A stretch of 32,000 bases of DNA from Enterobacteriaceae endosymbiont of Donacia provostii. GTDB taxonomy: Bacteria > Pseudomonadota > Gammaproteobacteria > Enterobacterales > Enterobacteriaceae. The notes beneath the pieces are model-generated. The model worked only from the letters and a program-made list of their open reading frames with translations, searched no databases and was not told where the DNA came from. Position 1 is the stretch's first letter. The number at the start of each line of letters is the position of its first letter. The DNA is taken from contig NZ_CP046206.1 in the NCBI RefSeq assembly GCF_012570145.1, positions 62,324 through 94,323 on the forward strand. The letters run 5' to 3'. A program made the position numbers and the translations under genes. Shown here piece by piece: positions 17,348 to 28,264 of the stretch.

Positions 17348-18103
17348 ATGTTATTTCACAACTTATTATTAAAAAATAAAATAGCTTTAGTTACTGGAGC
17401 TAGTACAGGAATAGGATTTAGTATTGCTAATACATTAGCTATTAATGGAGCCTATGTAATAGGAACATCTACAAATATTACAGGAATTAAAAAAATTAAT
17501 AATTCTTTAAAAGAAAGAGGAAAGGGTTTAATTCTTGATTTAAAAGATCAATCACCTTATATTATAAATAATTTCATTAAACATATTATTAAAGAATTTA
17601 AAAGTATAGATATACTTATTAATAATGCTGGAATTTTATATGATACATTAGTTATAAAAATGAAAGATGATCAATGGAATAATGTTTTACAAATTAATTT
17701 AACTTCTGTTTTTAGAATTTGTAAGGAAGTTATTCATTATATGATAAAAAAATTATTTGGTAGAATAATTACAATCGGTTCTGTTATAGGATCTACAGGT
17801 AATATAGGTCAAGCAAATTATGCAGCATCTAAGGCAGGTATTATAGGATTTAGTAGATCTTTAGCTAGAGAGGTAGCTTCCAAGGGCATCACTGTTAATA
17901 TAATATCTCCTGGATATATTAAAACAAATATGACATTAAATTTAAAAGAAAAAAACTATATTAATATAATATCAAAAATTCCATCTAAACGTTTTGGCAA
18001 ACCTCAAGAAATAGCTGATGCTGTAACTTTTTTAGCTTCTGAAAAAGCATCTTATATAACAGGAGAAATACTTAATATTAATGGTGGTTTATATATGGGA
18101 TAA
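17348..18103 (+). CDS. fabG: 3-oxoacyl-ACP reductase
   Basis: 251 aa, collinear with E. coli FabG (KIALVTGASTGIG, NNAG, GQANYAASKAGIIGFSRSLAREVASKGITVN). Confidence 0.95.
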   Translation: MLFHNLLLKNKIALVTGASTGIGFSIANTLAINGAYVIGTSTNITGIKKINNSLKERGKGLILDLKDQSPYIINNFIKHIIKEFKSIDILINNAGILYDTLVIKMKDDQWNNVLQINLTSVFRICKEVIHYMIKKLFGRIITIGSVIGSTGNIGQANYAASKAGIIGFSRSLAREVASKGITVNIISPGYIKTNMTLNLKEKNYINIISKIPSKRFGKPQEIADAVTFLASEKASYITGEILNINGGLYMG

Positions 18104-18148
18104 TTTTAAAAAATTATTTTTAATTTATTATAGGAAAATATAACGAGT

Positions 18149-18388
18149 ATGAGTAATTCTATTACTAAACGTGTTAAAAAAATTATTATTAATAAATTAG
18201 GAATTAAGGAAGAAAATATTAATATATTTTCTTCCTTAAAAGAAGATTTAGGTGCAGATTCTCTTGATACTATTGAAATTATTATGGCTTTAGAAGAAGA
18301 ATTTAATATTGAAATATTAGATGAAGATGCAGAAAAAATTACTAATATTAAAAAAGCTGTTGATTATATTAATAATTATAAAAAATAA
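18149..18388 (+). CDS. acpP: Acyl carrier protein
   Basis: 79 aa. The phosphopantetheine attachment motif [19 protein letters not shown] is present. It lies between fabG and fabF. Confidence 0.96.
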   Translation: MSNSITKRVKKIIINKLGIKEENINIFSSLKEDLGADSLDTIEIIMALEEEFNIEILDEDAEKITNIKKAVDYINNYKK

Positions 18389-18395
18389 AATTATA

Positions 18396-18422
18396 GGAAT
18401 AGAGTAAAATTTACTCTGTTCC
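18396..18422 (+). terminator. Hairpin immediately after acpP (candidate terminator or attenuator)
   Basis: GGAATAGAGT (18396..18405) pairs with ACTCTGTTCC (18413..18422) as 10 bp including one G-U. It starts 8 nt after the acpP stop. The downstream T-run is weak. Confidence 0.4.
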
Positions 18423-18462
18423 ATATATTAATAAAAATATTATTTAATATATAAAAAATATA

Positions 18463-19704
18463 ATGATAAAACGTAGAAGAGTAGTTATTACTGGTATAGG
18501 TATGATTACTCCAATTGGTAATACAGTAAAATCTAATTGGTATAATCTTATCAATGGGAAAAGTGGTATTAATTTAATTAATACTTTTGATACTAGTAAA
18601 TATAAAACTAAAATTGCTGGCTTAATACAAAATTTTCAATATAAAAATATTGCTTCAAAAAAAAAAAAAAATATTGATTTATTTATACAATATGGTTTAA
18701 CAGCTTGTCAAGAAGCTGTTAAAAATTCTGGTTTAATATTAAATAAATATAATAATCCTAGATTTGGAGTATTAATAGGTTCAGGATTAGGTGGTATAAA
18801 TTTAATAGAAAAAAATAATTATATTTTACAAAAAAAAGGTCCTAATAAAATTACTCCATTTTTTTTAACATCTACTATTATGAGTATGTTAACAGGAAAT
18901 GTTGCTATAGATTATAAATTTACTGGACCTAGTTTATCTATTAATACTGCTTGTAGTTCTGGTATACATAATATTGGTATTGCTTTTAAAATTATTGCTT
19001 ATAATGATGCTGATGTTATTATAACAGGAGCTTCAGAAAAATCTGTAACTCCTTTAAGTCTAGCTGGTTTTTGTTCAATGAAATCTTTATCAAGAAGAAA
19101 TATTGAACCTAAAAAAGCTAGTAGACCTTGGGATAGAGATAGAGATGGTTTTGTTCTTGGAGATGGAGCTGGTATTCTAATTTTAGAAGAATATTTTCAT
19201 GCGAAAAAAAGAAATGCAAATATTATTGCTGAATTAGTTGGTTTTGGAATGAGTAATGATGCATATCATATAACTTCTCCTCCTATTAATGGTTATGGTG
19301 CACAATTAGCAATGTTTAATGCACTAAAAGATGCTAATCTTTATCCAGAAGATATTAAATATATTAATGCTCATAGTACATCAACAGTTATAGGTGATAT
19401 TGCTGAAGTAAATGCTATTAAAAAAATTTTTAAAAATAATTATAAAAAATTATATGTTAGTTCTACAAAATCTATTACTGGTCACTTATTAGGTGCAGCA
19501 GGTGCAATAGAATCTATTTATTCTATTTTATCATTAAAAAATCAAATTATTCCAGCAACAATTAATTTAGATAATCCTGATAAAAGTTTAAATTTAGATT
19601 TTATTCCTCATATATCTCGTAATGTTCATAATATGAAATATGTATTATGTAATTCTTTTGGTTTTGGAGGAATTAATGGATCATTAATATTTAAAAAAAT
19701 TTAA
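18463..19704 (+). CDS. fabF: 3-oxoacyl-ACP synthase II
   Basis: 413 aa, the same length as E. coli FabF and highly similar. The catalytic Cys is in NTACSSG, and the two His are in NAHSTST and TGHLLGAAG. The C terminus NSFGFGGINGSLIFKKI matches. It contains an in-frame A15 run. Confidence 0.95.
   Translation: MIKRRRVVITGIGMITPIGNTVKSNWYNLINGKSGINLINTFDTSKYKTKIAGLIQNFQYKNIASKKKKNIDLFIQYGLTACQEAVKNSGLILNKYNNPRFGVLIGSGLGGINLIEKNNYILQKKGPNKITPFFLTSTIMSMLTGNVAIDYKFTGPSLSINTACSSGIHNIGIAFKIIAYNDADVIITGASEKSVTPLSLAGFCSMKSLSRRNIEPKKASRPWDRDRDGFVLGDGAGILILEEYFHAKKRNANIIAELVGFGMSNDAYHITSPPINGYGAQLAMFNALKDANLYPEDIKYINAHSTSTVIGDIAEVNAIKKIFKNNYKKLYVSSTKSITGHLLGAAGAIESIYSILSLKNQIIPATINLDNPDKSLNLDFIPHISRNVHNMKYVLCNSFGFGGINGSLIFKKI
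18657..18671 (+). repeat. A15 homopolymer inside fabF (encodes S-KKKK-N)
   Basis: I counted it directly: 4 + 10 + 1 A across the line breaks. It is in frame as tca aaa aaa aaa aaa aat. Confidence 0.9.
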
Positions 19705-19838
19705 TTTATCATAAATAATAATATTTATAAAATTAATAATTATATATATAATATATAATTATTCCGTATTTTTATTATAAATAAAATTTATTATAATAAA
19801 TATACATATATTTATTATTAAAATAACAAAATAAAAAA

Positions 19839-20459
19839 ATGAAATATAAAAATTTTATTGTAGTCGAAGGAATAGATGGAGCTGGAAAATCTACAATATG
19901 TGATTATATAATTAATTTACTTAATAAATTACATATTTTTAATATTATTAAAATACATGAACCAGGTAGTACACCTATTGCAGAAAAATTAAGAAAAATT
20001 ATTAAATTTTCTAAAGAAGAATTTTTTTCCTATAAAACAGAATTATTATTAATATATGCTGCAAGATTACAATTATTAGATAATATTATTAGACCTAATA
20101 TAAATAAAAATTGGATATTATCAGATAGATATGATTTATCTACATATGCCTATCAAATTGGGGGGAGATCTATTAATAAACGTAATATAATTTTTTTACA
20201 AAAATTTATAAAAAATGATATTAAACCAAATATAACTATTTATTTAGATGTAAATCCCTTAATTGCTATACAAAGAATACAATCTAAAATAAAAGATAGA
20301 ATTGAAAAAGAATCAATAACTTTTTTTTCTAAAGTTAGAAATTTTTATATAAAAATGGTAAAAAAAGATAAAACAATTAAATTTATTGATGCTAATAAAG
20401 ATTTAAAATATGTTAAATCTGCAGTAAAAAATATTATTTTAAAATTAATTAATATATAA
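19839..20459 (+). CDS. tmk: Thymidylate kinase
   Basis: 206 aa. P-loop VVEGIDGAGKST is present. It lies immediately upstream of holB, as in E. coli. Confidence 0.9.
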   Translation: MKYKNFIVVEGIDGAGKSTICDYIINLLNKLHIFNIIKIHEPGSTPIAEKLRKIIKFSKEEFFSYKTELLLIYAARLQLLDNIIRPNINKNWILSDRYDLSTYAYQIGGRSINKRNIIFLQKFIKNDIKPNITIYLDVNPLIAIQRIQSKIKDRIEKESITFFSKVRNFYIKMVKKDKTIKFIDANKDLKYVKSAVKNIILKLINI

Positions 20460-20460
20460 T

Positions 20461-21471
20461 ATGAAAAAACAACCTATATCACCATGGTTTCCATGGTTAG
20501 ATGATTATTATTATAAAATTATTAATCAATTTAAAAAAAAGAAAAATTATAAGGCTTATATTTTTTGTGCTTTGAATGATTTAGGTATATCTTCATTAAT
20601 TTATGCATTAACTAAATGGATTTTTTGTATTAATAAACAAAAAATATATAGTTGTTCTATATGTACTAATTGTATTTTATTACAAAAAAATATACATCCT
20701 GATTTGTATATTATTAAAAATAATACAAAAGAAAATTTTACTAATGTAGATTATATTAGAAATTTAATAGATAAAATTTATCAAACATCTTATAAAGATG
20801 TTAGTAAAATTATATGGTTTGCAAATTTTAAACAATTAAATTTATTTTCTAAGAATGTTCTTCTTAAAACTTTAGAAGAACCTCCTAAAAATACTTTTTT
20901 TTTTTTACAGTGTAATAATAAAGATGAAATACTACCTACTATATATAGTAGGTGCCAATTTTGGAATATTAATTCACCAAATGAAAAAATTGGTCTTTTA
21001 TGGTTAAAAGAAAATTTTAAAAATTATAAAATTTTAAAGATAAAATCTATACAAAGTGCATTACGTATATGTAATTATATACCCATTAATGCATTACAAT
21101 TATTAAATAATAATATATGGAAAAATAGAAGTATTTTTTATAATATTTTATTATCTTCATTTAAAAAAAATATTATGAATTTGTTATCTATATTAGATAA
21201 TAATAATATTTTATTTTACTTAGATTGGATCTATTTTATTTTATTAGATGTAATTAAATTGCATTTGAAAATAGATTTCAAATTTTTTTATAATTTAGAT
21301 CAAATATCTATTATTTATGAATTATTTAATATAATTTTTTTAAAAAAAATTATATTAATGATAAAAAAAATATTTTTTTATAAAAAAATTTTAATAAAAA
21401 TTAATAAAATAAATCATAAATTAGTAATAATTAACTTATTATTATCTTTAGAAGAAATATATCAATCTTAA
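20461..21471 (+). CDS. holB: DNA polymerase III subunit delta-prime
   Basis: 336 aa. It has the Cys-rich Zn module CSICTNCILLQKNIHPDLY (E. coli CGHCRGCQLMQAGTHPDYY), LLKTLEEPP and SRC. It starts 1 nt after the tmk stop. Confidence 0.88.
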   Translation: MKKQPISPWFPWLDDYYYKIINQFKKKKNYKAYIFCALNDLGISSLIYALTKWIFCINKQKIYSCSICTNCILLQKNIHPDLYIIKNNTKENFTNVDYIRNLIDKIYQTSYKDVSKIIWFANFKQLNLFSKNVLLKTLEEPPKNTFFFLQCNNKDEILPTIYSRCQFWNINSPNEKIGLLWLKENFKNYKILKIKSIQSALRICNYIPINALQLLNNNIWKNRSIFYNILLSSFKKNIMNLLSILDNNNILFYLDWIYFILLDVIKLHLKIDFKFFYNLDQISIIYELFNIIFLKKIILMIKKIFFYKKILIKINKINHKLVIINLLLSLEEIYQS

Positions 21472-21525
21472 TAATTAAAAGAATTAAGATTTAAAAATTT
21501 TAAAATATAAAAAATAGGATATGAT

Positions 21526-22980
21526 ATGTTTAATAATACATTTGCTCATATGCAAAAAATAGGTAAATCTTTAATGTTACCAGTATCTGTTTTACCAATA
21601 GCTGGTATATTATTAGGTATTGGATCAGCCCATTTTCATTTTTTACCTCATATTATTTCAAATATTATGGAAAAAACTGGTAGTTCTGTTTTTCTAAATA
21701 TACCATTAATATTTGCTATTGGTGTATCACTAGGTTTTACTAAAAATGATGGTGTATCTGCTCTAGCTTCCGTTGTTTCTTATGGTATTTTAACAAAAAC
21801 TGTAGAAACAATAATACCTGTATTACTAGGTAATAATGTTACACAAGAAATGATAATGCAAAAACATTTAACAGATACTGGTATTATAGGAGGTATTATT
21901 TCTGGTTCTATTGCAGCTTATATGTTTAATTGTTTTAATAATATTCAATTAGTAGAATATCTTGGTTTTTTTTCTGGTAAACGTTTTGTACCTATTATTT
22001 CAGGAATAACATCTATTTTTATTGGTTTATTATTATCTCTAATATGGATTCCTATTCAAAAAATTATACAATTATTTTCATATTGGGCTATTTATCAAAA
22101 TCCAATATTTGCATTTGGTATATATGGAATTATAGAAAGAATATTATTACCTTTTGGATTACATCATATTTGGAATGTTCCATTTCAAATGGAAATAGGT
22201 TCATTTGTTAATGTTACAAAACAAATATATCATGGTGATATTGCTAGATATATCGCAGGAGATCCTTCTGCAGGAAAATTAGCAGGAGGATTTTTATTTA
22301 AAATGTATGGATTACCAGGAGCAGCTATAGCAATGTGGCATACATCGAATAAAAAAAAAAGAAAACAAATTGGGAGTTTAATGTTATCAGCTGCATTAAC
22401 ATCTTTCCTCACAGGAATCACTGAACCTATAGAATTTTCTTTTATGTATGTAGCTCCATTATTATATATAATTCATATTATTTTATCTGGATTATCTTTT
22501 CCAATTTGTATTGCATTAGGTATGAGAAATGGAACTAGTTTTTCTCATGGATTAATTGATTTTATTATTTTAAGTGGTAATGGTTCAAAAATATGGTTAT
22601 TTCCTATAGTAGGTATTATTTATACTTTAATATATTATTTTATATTTAAAAAATTAATTATAAAATTAAATTTAAAAACACCAGGACGTGAGGAAATAGA
22701 AAATAATATATATGATAAAAAATATAATTTTTCTCAATATGGTAAAAAATTAGTAATTGCTTTTGGGGGAAAAAATAATATTACTAATTTAGATGCTTGT
22801 ATTACTAGATTACGTATAAGTGTATTAGATATAAATAAAGTAAATACAAAAGAATTAAAATTATTAGGAGCTTCAGCTGTTATTATTTCTGGTAATGGAG
22901 TACAAGCTGTATTTGGAACTAAATCTGATAATTTAAAAACAGAAATGGATAATTTTATTAAAAATATTAACGATAAATAA
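21526..22980 (+). CDS. ptsG: PTS glucose-specific EIICB component
   Basis: 484 aa. The N terminus [33 protein letters not shown] matches, as do the EIIC motif GITEPIEF and the EIIB phosphocysteine motif LDACITRLR. Confidence 0.95.
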   Translation: MFNNTFAHMQKIGKSLMLPVSVLPIAGILLGIGSAHFHFLPHIISNIMEKTGSSVFLNIPLIFAIGVSLGFTKNDGVSALASVVSYGILTKTVETIIPVLLGNNVTQEMIMQKHLTDTGIIGGIISGSIAAYMFNCFNNIQLVEYLGFFSGKRFVPIISGITSIFIGLLLSLIWIPIQKIIQLFSYWAIYQNPIFAFGIYGIIERILLPFGLHHIWNVPFQMEIGSFVNVTKQIYHGDIARYIAGDPSAGKLAGGFLFKMYGLPGAAIAMWHTSNKKKRKQIGSLMLSAALTSFLTGITEPIEFSFMYVAPLLYIIHIILSGLSFPICIALGMRNGTSFSHGLIDFIILSGNGSKIWLFPIVGIIYTLIYYFIFKKLIIKLNLKTPGREEIENNIYDKKYNFSQYGKKLVIAFGGKNNITNLDACITRLRISVLDINKVNTKELKLLGASAVIISGNGVQAVFGTKSDNLKTEMDNFIKNINDK

Positions 22981-23000
22981 ATATTAAAAAGGTAAAATAT

Positions 23001-23360
23001 ATGATTTTAAATAATAAAAAAAATATATTTAAAAAAATTTTATCTAATAAAATAAACAATAACATTATTATTTATAAAGATGAATTAGTTACAGCTTTTA
23101 ATGATATAAAACCTCTCAGTCCTATACATATTTTAATTATACCAAATACTTTTATAAGTACACTTAATGATATTAATAAAAATCATGAATTAATTTTAGG
23201 TAGAATGTTACTAGTAGCTTCTAAATTAGCTAAAAAAAAATATATTGATAAAAATGGATATAGAATTGTTATTAATTGCAATAATCATGGATGTCAAACA
23301 GTATTTTATTTACATATGCATTTATTAGGTGGGAGACAAGGTACAAAAATTTTTTTTTAA
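23001..23360 (+). CDS. hinT: HIT-family purine nucleoside phosphoramidase
   Basis: 119 aa. The histidine triad HLHMHLLGG is present. It follows ptsG, in the position of E. coli ycfF/hinT. Confidence 0.85.
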   Translation: MILNNKKNIFKKILSNKINNNIIIYKDELVTAFNDIKPLSPIHILIIPNTFISTLNDINKNHELILGRMLLVASKLAKKKYIDKNGYRIVINCNNHGCQTVFYLHMHLLGGRQGTKIFF

Positions 23361-23378
23361 ATTTTAAAATTAAAATTA

Positions 23379-23416
23379 TTTGCTATGTATTTAAAATTAT
23401 TAAATAACATAGCAAA
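23379..23416. terminator. Hairpin between convergent hinT and gapA (candidate bidirectional terminator)
   Basis: TTTGCTATGT (23379..23388) and ACATAGCAAA (23407..23416) form a perfect 10-bp stem with an 18-nt AT loop. T/A-rich runs lie on both sides. Confidence 0.5.
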
Positions 23417-23425
23417 ATTTTATTT

Positions 23426-24424
23426 TTAATTAAAAATATGTAATATTAAATCTAATATTTTATTAGAATATCCTGTTTCATTATCATACCAAGAAATTAA
23501 TTTAAAAAAATTATTACTTATAGCAATACTTGCATTGAAATCAAAAATAGAAGTTAAAATTGATCCATTAAAATCACTTGATACAACATTTTCTTTTGTA
23601 TAACCAATAATATTTTTCATATTATTATGAGATGCAAATTTAATAACTTTATAAATATCTAATAATGTAGTTTTTTTTATGATTTTAACAGTAAAATCAA
23701 CTACAGAAACATTTGGTACAGGAACTCTTAGTGATATACCAGTTAATTTATTATATAATTCTGGTAAAACAATTCCTACTGCTTTAGCTGCCCCAGTACT
23801 TGAAGGAATAATATTTTGATATGCTCCTCTTCCTCCTCGCCAATCCCTCATAGATGAACTATCAACAGTTTTTTGAGTTGAAGTTACCGCATGTACAGTA
23901 GTCATTAAACCATTTTCAATAATATAATTATCATTAATAATTTTTGCTAATGGGGCTAAACAATTAGTTGTACATGAAGCATTAGAAATAATATTTTCAC
24001 CATTATAATTTTTAAAATTTACTCCATTTACATACATGGGTATACTATTATCTTTAGGAGGTGCAGTGATAATTACTTTTTTAGCTCCAGCAACAATATG
24101 TTTTTCTGCTAATTTTTTTGTTAAAAAAATACCGGTAGATTCAACAACAACATCAATATTTAAATCTTTCCATTTTAATTTACTAGGATCTGATTCAGAA
24201 AAAATATGTATAATATTATTATTTATAATTAAATTGTTATGATTAATATTAATCTTTTTATTAAATAACCCATGAGTAGAATCATATTTAATCATATATG
24301 CAATATACTTTATTTCTAATAAATCATTAATAGCTACAATTTTAACTTTAGTATTTTTTTGAGCAGCTCGAAAAAAAATACGTCCTATTCTACCAAATCC
24401 ATTAATAGCAATTCTAATAGACAT
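23426..24424 (-). CDS. gapA: Glyceraldehyde-3-phosphate dehydrogenase A
   Basis: 332 aa. INGFGRIGR and the active site [12 protein letters not shown] are present. A strong AGGAG Shine-Dalgarno sequence lies upstream. Confidence 0.96.
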   Translation of the reverse strand: MSIRIAINGFGRIGRIFFRAAQKNTKVKIVAINDLLEIKYIAYMIKYDSTHGLFNKKININHNNLIINNNIIHIFSESDPSKLKWKDLNIDVVVESTGIFLTKKLAEKHIVAGAKKVIITAPPKDNSIPMYVNGVNFKNYNGENIISNASCTTNCLAPLAKIINDNYIIENGLMTTVHAVTSTQKTVDSSSMRDWRGGRGAYQNIIPSSTGAAKAVGIVLPELYNKLTGISLRVPVPNVSVVDFTVKIIKKTTLLDIYKVIKFASHNNMKNIIGYTKENVVSSDFNGSILTSIFDFNASIAISNNFFKLISWYDNETGYSNKILDLILHIFN

Positions 24425-24480
24425 TAAAATCTCCTAATATTATAATTTAAAAAAATATATAATAATTACATTATTAATTT

Positions 24481-26277
24481 TTATTTATTTAAAAATAAAG
24501 CATATATTTTTTGAAAATTAAAAAAATTTTTATTATTGAAAATAAATAAATTATTAATAATATTAGATATAATATAACTATTTATTTTAAAAAAAATACT
24601 CGATATGTTGAAAATATTTACATTTTCCCATTGTAGTTGAATAGTTTTAATTTTTGTTAATTCAGAGATTTTTAATTTTGCATAATCAAAATCTCCTAAA
24701 TCATCAATTAAACCATATTTTAAAGCATCTTTACCAAGAAAAACCATACCATTAGCTATTTTTTTTATATTATTAATAGAAATATTTCTACCTTTAGAAA
24801 CTATATTAATAAATTTGTTATATCCATTTTGGATGTTTAATTCTATTATTTTTTTTTCAATTATAGATAATTTATTACTTATAGGTATATCAAATCTATC
24901 AGATATACTAACACCATCTTTTTGAATACCTAATTTATTTAATAAATCACTAATATTATAAATTATACTAAATATTCCAATAGAACCAGTTATACTAGAA
25001 GAATCAGCAATTATAAAGTCTGCTGCAGTAGCAATCCAATATGCTCCTGATGCTGCTATTTTACCCATTATAACAACTATAGGTTTATGAACTTTTTTTA
25101 ATAAAATTAATTCATCATAAATAGATTGTGCAGCTTGTATATCCCCTCCAGGACTATTAATTCTTAATATTAAACCTTTAATATTAGGGTCTGTATACAC
25201 TTTATGTATTGCTTTAGTAATAATATCACTATTATTTTTACCATATATCATCATTCCATCTATTGTAATAACAGAAATATTATTTCTATGATTTTTAATT
25301 TTTTTATTTTTATCTACATTAGATTTAATGTAGTTATTAATATCAATTTTATTATATGTTTTTTGATTTTCATTAAAACCAAAAATTTTTATCATTTCTT
25401 TTTCAAATTCATTATTATTAGAAATTTGATCTATTAATTTATTTTCTAAGGCGAATAATGCTAAGTCTCCATTAGATTTTTTAAGAGAAATTAAAAAATC
25501 TTGATTTGTAGGAAAAATTTTTTGAAAAGTTAAATTTCGATTTAAAGATATAGTTGTTAAATAATCATACCAGATTTTATTAATTAACTGATTTAAAATT
25601 ATTTTATTATTATTAGACATATGATTTTGTGTTATAGGTTCTACTGCAGATTTGTAATCTCCTATTCTAAATACATCAGTATTTATTTTAAGTTTTTGTA
25701 AAAAATCTTTTATAAAAAATTGTTTAAAACTTAAACCACGTAACTTAACATAACCATATGGTGATAAAAAAATTTTATTAGCAAAACTAGCTAAATAATA
25801 TTGATCTTGATCGTATGCATCGGAAAATGCATATATTTTTTTACCTGTTGCTTTAAAATCATTTAAATACTTACCTATATAACGTAATATAGTTAAATCA
25901 TGAATATTTACATTATGTAATTTTAATATAATTCCACTAATATTTTTATCTTGTTTGGCATAATTTATTGCTTGAACTATATTTAATATAGAATTATTAT
26001 CTTTTTTTATGATTTTATTAAATAATTCTAATTTTTTATTTGTTTGGTAAAAACAATCACCAGTTAATTTTTCATTAAAATTAATTTCTAAAACTTGATT
26101 TTTTTTTTTTAAAATTTTATTGTTAATATTATGTTGATGATGAATATTATATATGTAATAACACAATAAAGACATTAATAATATAAAAATTATATTTATT
26201 ATTAATATTCTAGTAAAATTAATTAATGACCATAGGTAATAAAAAAAAGATTTTACTAAATTAAATAATTTAATCAT
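24481..26277 (-). CDS. sppA: Signal peptide peptidase A (protease IV)
   Basis: 598 aa. It has an N-terminal TM segment. The catalytic Lys context GDYKSAVEP and the catalytic Ser context GKIAASGAYWIATAADFIIADSSSITGSIGIF align with E. coli SppA K209 and S409. Confidence 0.88.
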   Translation of the reverse strand: MIKLFNLVKSFFYYLWSLINFTRILIINIIFILLMSLLCYYIYNIHHQHNINNKILKKKNQVLEINFNEKLTGDCFYQTNKKLELFNKIIKKDNNSILNIVQAINYAKQDKNISGIILKLHNVNIHDLTILRYIGKYLNDFKATGKKIYAFSDAYDQDQYYLASFANKIFLSPYGYVKLRGLSFKQFFIKDFLQKLKINTDVFRIGDYKSAVEPITQNHMSNNNKIILNQLINKIWYDYLTTISLNRNLTFQKIFPTNQDFLISLKKSNGDLALFALENKLIDQISNNNEFEKEMIKIFGFNENQKTYNKIDINNYIKSNVDKNKKIKNHRNNISVITIDGMMIYGKNNSDIITKAIHKVYTDPNIKGLILRINSPGGDIQAAQSIYDELILLKKVHKPIVVIMGKIAASGAYWIATAADFIIADSSSITGSIGIFSIIYNISDLLNKLGIQKDGVSISDRFDIPISNKLSIIEKKIIELNIQNGYNKFINIVSKGRNISINNIKKIANGMVFLGKDALKYGLIDDLGDFDYAKLKISELTKIKTIQLQWENVNIFNISSIFFKINSYIISNIINNLFIFNNKNFFNFQKIYALFLNK

Positions 26278-26307
26278 TTGTCACCTAATTTTTTTTAAGA
26301 AAATTTA

Positions 26308-27114
26308 TTAAATAATTTTTAAATTTACCCAAATAGGAGCATGATCTGAAGGTTTAATTAAATTACGAATATTATATTCAATATCTGAATTAAGATAATA
26401 TCTTATTAAAGATTTAGTAATTAAAATATTATCAATTCTTAATCCTTTATTTAGAAAAAAATTATTCGATCTATAATCAAACCAAGAAAATTTATTACTT
26501 GTAGAAGGATTCATTAATCTCCAAATATCAAATAGACCCCAATTAAGTAATTTATGAATATAGAACCTTTCCTCTGGCAAAAAAGAACATATTCCTTGTT
26601 TTAACCATATTTTACGATTTTTCTCTCCTATCCCAATATCTAAATTAGTAATACTAATATTAATATCTCCCATTACTATAATATGATGATTAGGATTTAA
26701 TTTATTTTTTATAAAATAATATAATTTTTTTAAAAAATTAATTTTATAATTGAATTTAATATAATTAAATCTATTACCCCCTTGGGGGAAATAACAATTA
26801 ATAATTTTTATATTACCAATAGAACTATCTAAATCAACCATTATTAATCTTTTTTGATTATTATAATTTTTTATAAATTTTTTTTGAATATTTAAAATTT
26901 TTTCTTTACTTAAAATTGCTACTCCAGAATATTGATTCTGTCCACATACATAAGAATTATATCCTAATTTTAATATTTTTTCTTTAGGAAATTTTTGATT
27001 ATTTACTTTTATTTCTTGTAAACCAATTATATCAGGCTTATATTCTTGTATAAGTATTTTTAATTGATGTAAATGTGCTCTTATACCGTTAATATTAAAA
27101 GAAAAAATTTTCAT
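26308..27114 (-). CDS. xthA: Exodeoxyribonuclease III
   Basis: 268 aa, the same as E. coli. SFNINGIRA, GLQE and PSDHAPIW are present. Confidence 0.93.
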   Translation of the reverse strand: MKIFSFNINGIRAHLHQLKILIQEYKPDIIGLQEIKVNNQKFPKEKILKLGYNSYVCGQNQYSGVAILSKEKILNIQKKFIKNYNNQKRLIMVDLDSSIGNIKIINCYFPQGGNRFNYIKFNYKINFLKKLYYFIKNKLNPNHHIIVMGDINISITNLDIGIGEKNRKIWLKQGICSFLPEERFYIHKLLNWGLFDIWRLMNPSTSNKFSWFDYRSNNFFLNKGLRIDNILITKSLIRYYLNSDIEYNIRNLIKPSDHAPIWVNLKII

Positions 27115-27244
27115 AGAAATTTTAAAAATATTAAGTATATTTTATGGTTTAAATAATAAAAAACATTATTAAATACATAATTTTAAATCTATATTCTAAA
27201 ATATGTAATAACTCTATAATTTATATATATATTTCAATTATATT

Positions 27245-28261
27245 TTATACTTTAAAAAGAAAATTTATTACATCACCATCTTGAATAATATAATTTTTAC
27301 CTTCTATATTCATTTTACCAGATAATTTTGCTTTTGTTGCATTTTTATAAAAAATAAAATCATTATAATGAATAACTTGTGCTCTAATAAATCCTTTATA
27401 AATATCACTATGAATTTTTTTTGAAGCTTTTAAAGCAGTAGTTCCTTTTAAAATACTCCAAGATTTTGTTTCTTTTATACCTACAGTATAAAAAGTATGT
27501 AAATTTAATAATTTAAAACTTAAAACAATAATTTTTTTTAGATTTTTATTAAAAGATAATAAGTTTTGTGTTTTATCAAGATTTTTAATACACATTTTTA
27601 ATGTTAAATAATGTTTCTTAAGAAGAAAGATTTCATTTAAAAAAATATTATTTTTATCTGTATTAATAATAATAAGTATTGGCTTAATTGTAAGCAATTT
27701 TAATTTTTTTAAAAAATTAATTTCTTCTATATTAAATTTTAATAAATTTAATAATTTTCCATTTTTTAAATGACACAAGCAAACATTTAATAAGGATTCA
27801 AATTTATTATTTTTATTTTTTTTATATATATGATTTTTTAATTTATAAATTATTTTTATATCAAATTGAATCAGTTCATTATTTATAATTTCAACATCTT
27901 TAACTGGATTAAATGATAAATTTAATATTTTTTTATCCTTAAAACAACGTAATACATGAATTATAGCATCAACTTCTGATATATTATTTAAAAATTGATT
28001 ACCTAATCCTTCTCCTTTAGATGCTCCCTTAATTAAACCAGCAATATCTACAAAAGTTATTGTAGATTGAACAGTTTTTTTAGATTTAGTTAATTTAGAT
28101 AAATAAAATAATCTATCATCAGGAACAGTTACTATACTTATATTTGGTTTAATTGTACAAAAAGGATAATTTAATGCATCGACATTAGAATTAGTTAATA
28201 CATTAAACAATGTAGATTTACCAACATTAGGTAAACCTATTATACCACATTTTAATCCCAT
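27245..28261 (-). CDS. ychF: Ribosome-binding ATPase YchF
   Basis: 338 aa. It has P-loop GIIGLPNVGKSTLFN, DIAGLIKGASKGEGLGNQFL and a C-terminal TGS-like end GKNYIIQDGDVINFLF. The central helical domain is shorter and more divergent than in E. coli (363 aa). Confidence 0.92.
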   Translation of the reverse strand: MGLKCGIIGLPNVGKSTLFNVLTNSNVDALNYPFCTIKPNISIVTVPDDRLFYLSKLTKSKKTVQSTITFVDIAGLIKGASKGEGLGNQFLNNISEVDAIIHVLRCFKDKKILNLSFNPVKDVEIINNELIQFDIKIIYKLKNHIYKKNKNNKFESLLNVCLCHLKNGKLLNLLKFNIEEINFLKKLKLLTIKPILIIINTDKNNIFLNEIFLLKKHYLTLKMCIKNLDKTQNLLSFNKNLKKIIVLSFKLLNLHTFYTVGIKETKSWSILKGTTALKASKKIHSDIYKGFIRAQVIHYNDFIFYKNATKAKLSGKMNIEGKNYIIQDGDVINFLFKV

Positions 28262-28264
28262 TAT

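Noticed and set aside
11423-18422. A shared TTTACTCT/AGAGTAAA core in the pntB/fnr hairpin and the acpP hairpin, which might indicate a repeated terminator element
   Set aside because: Given the base composition, an 8-mer like this is expected about twice by chance in 2 x 32 kb. The similarity does not extend beyond the 8-mer.
19705-19838. AT-only palindromes in the fabF/tmk spacer (for example TTATTATAAATAAAATTTATTATAATAA), which might be a terminator or a repeat
   Set aside because: Self-complementarity made of A and T alone is common by chance in DNA this AT-rich. There is no GC clamp and no distinct T-run.
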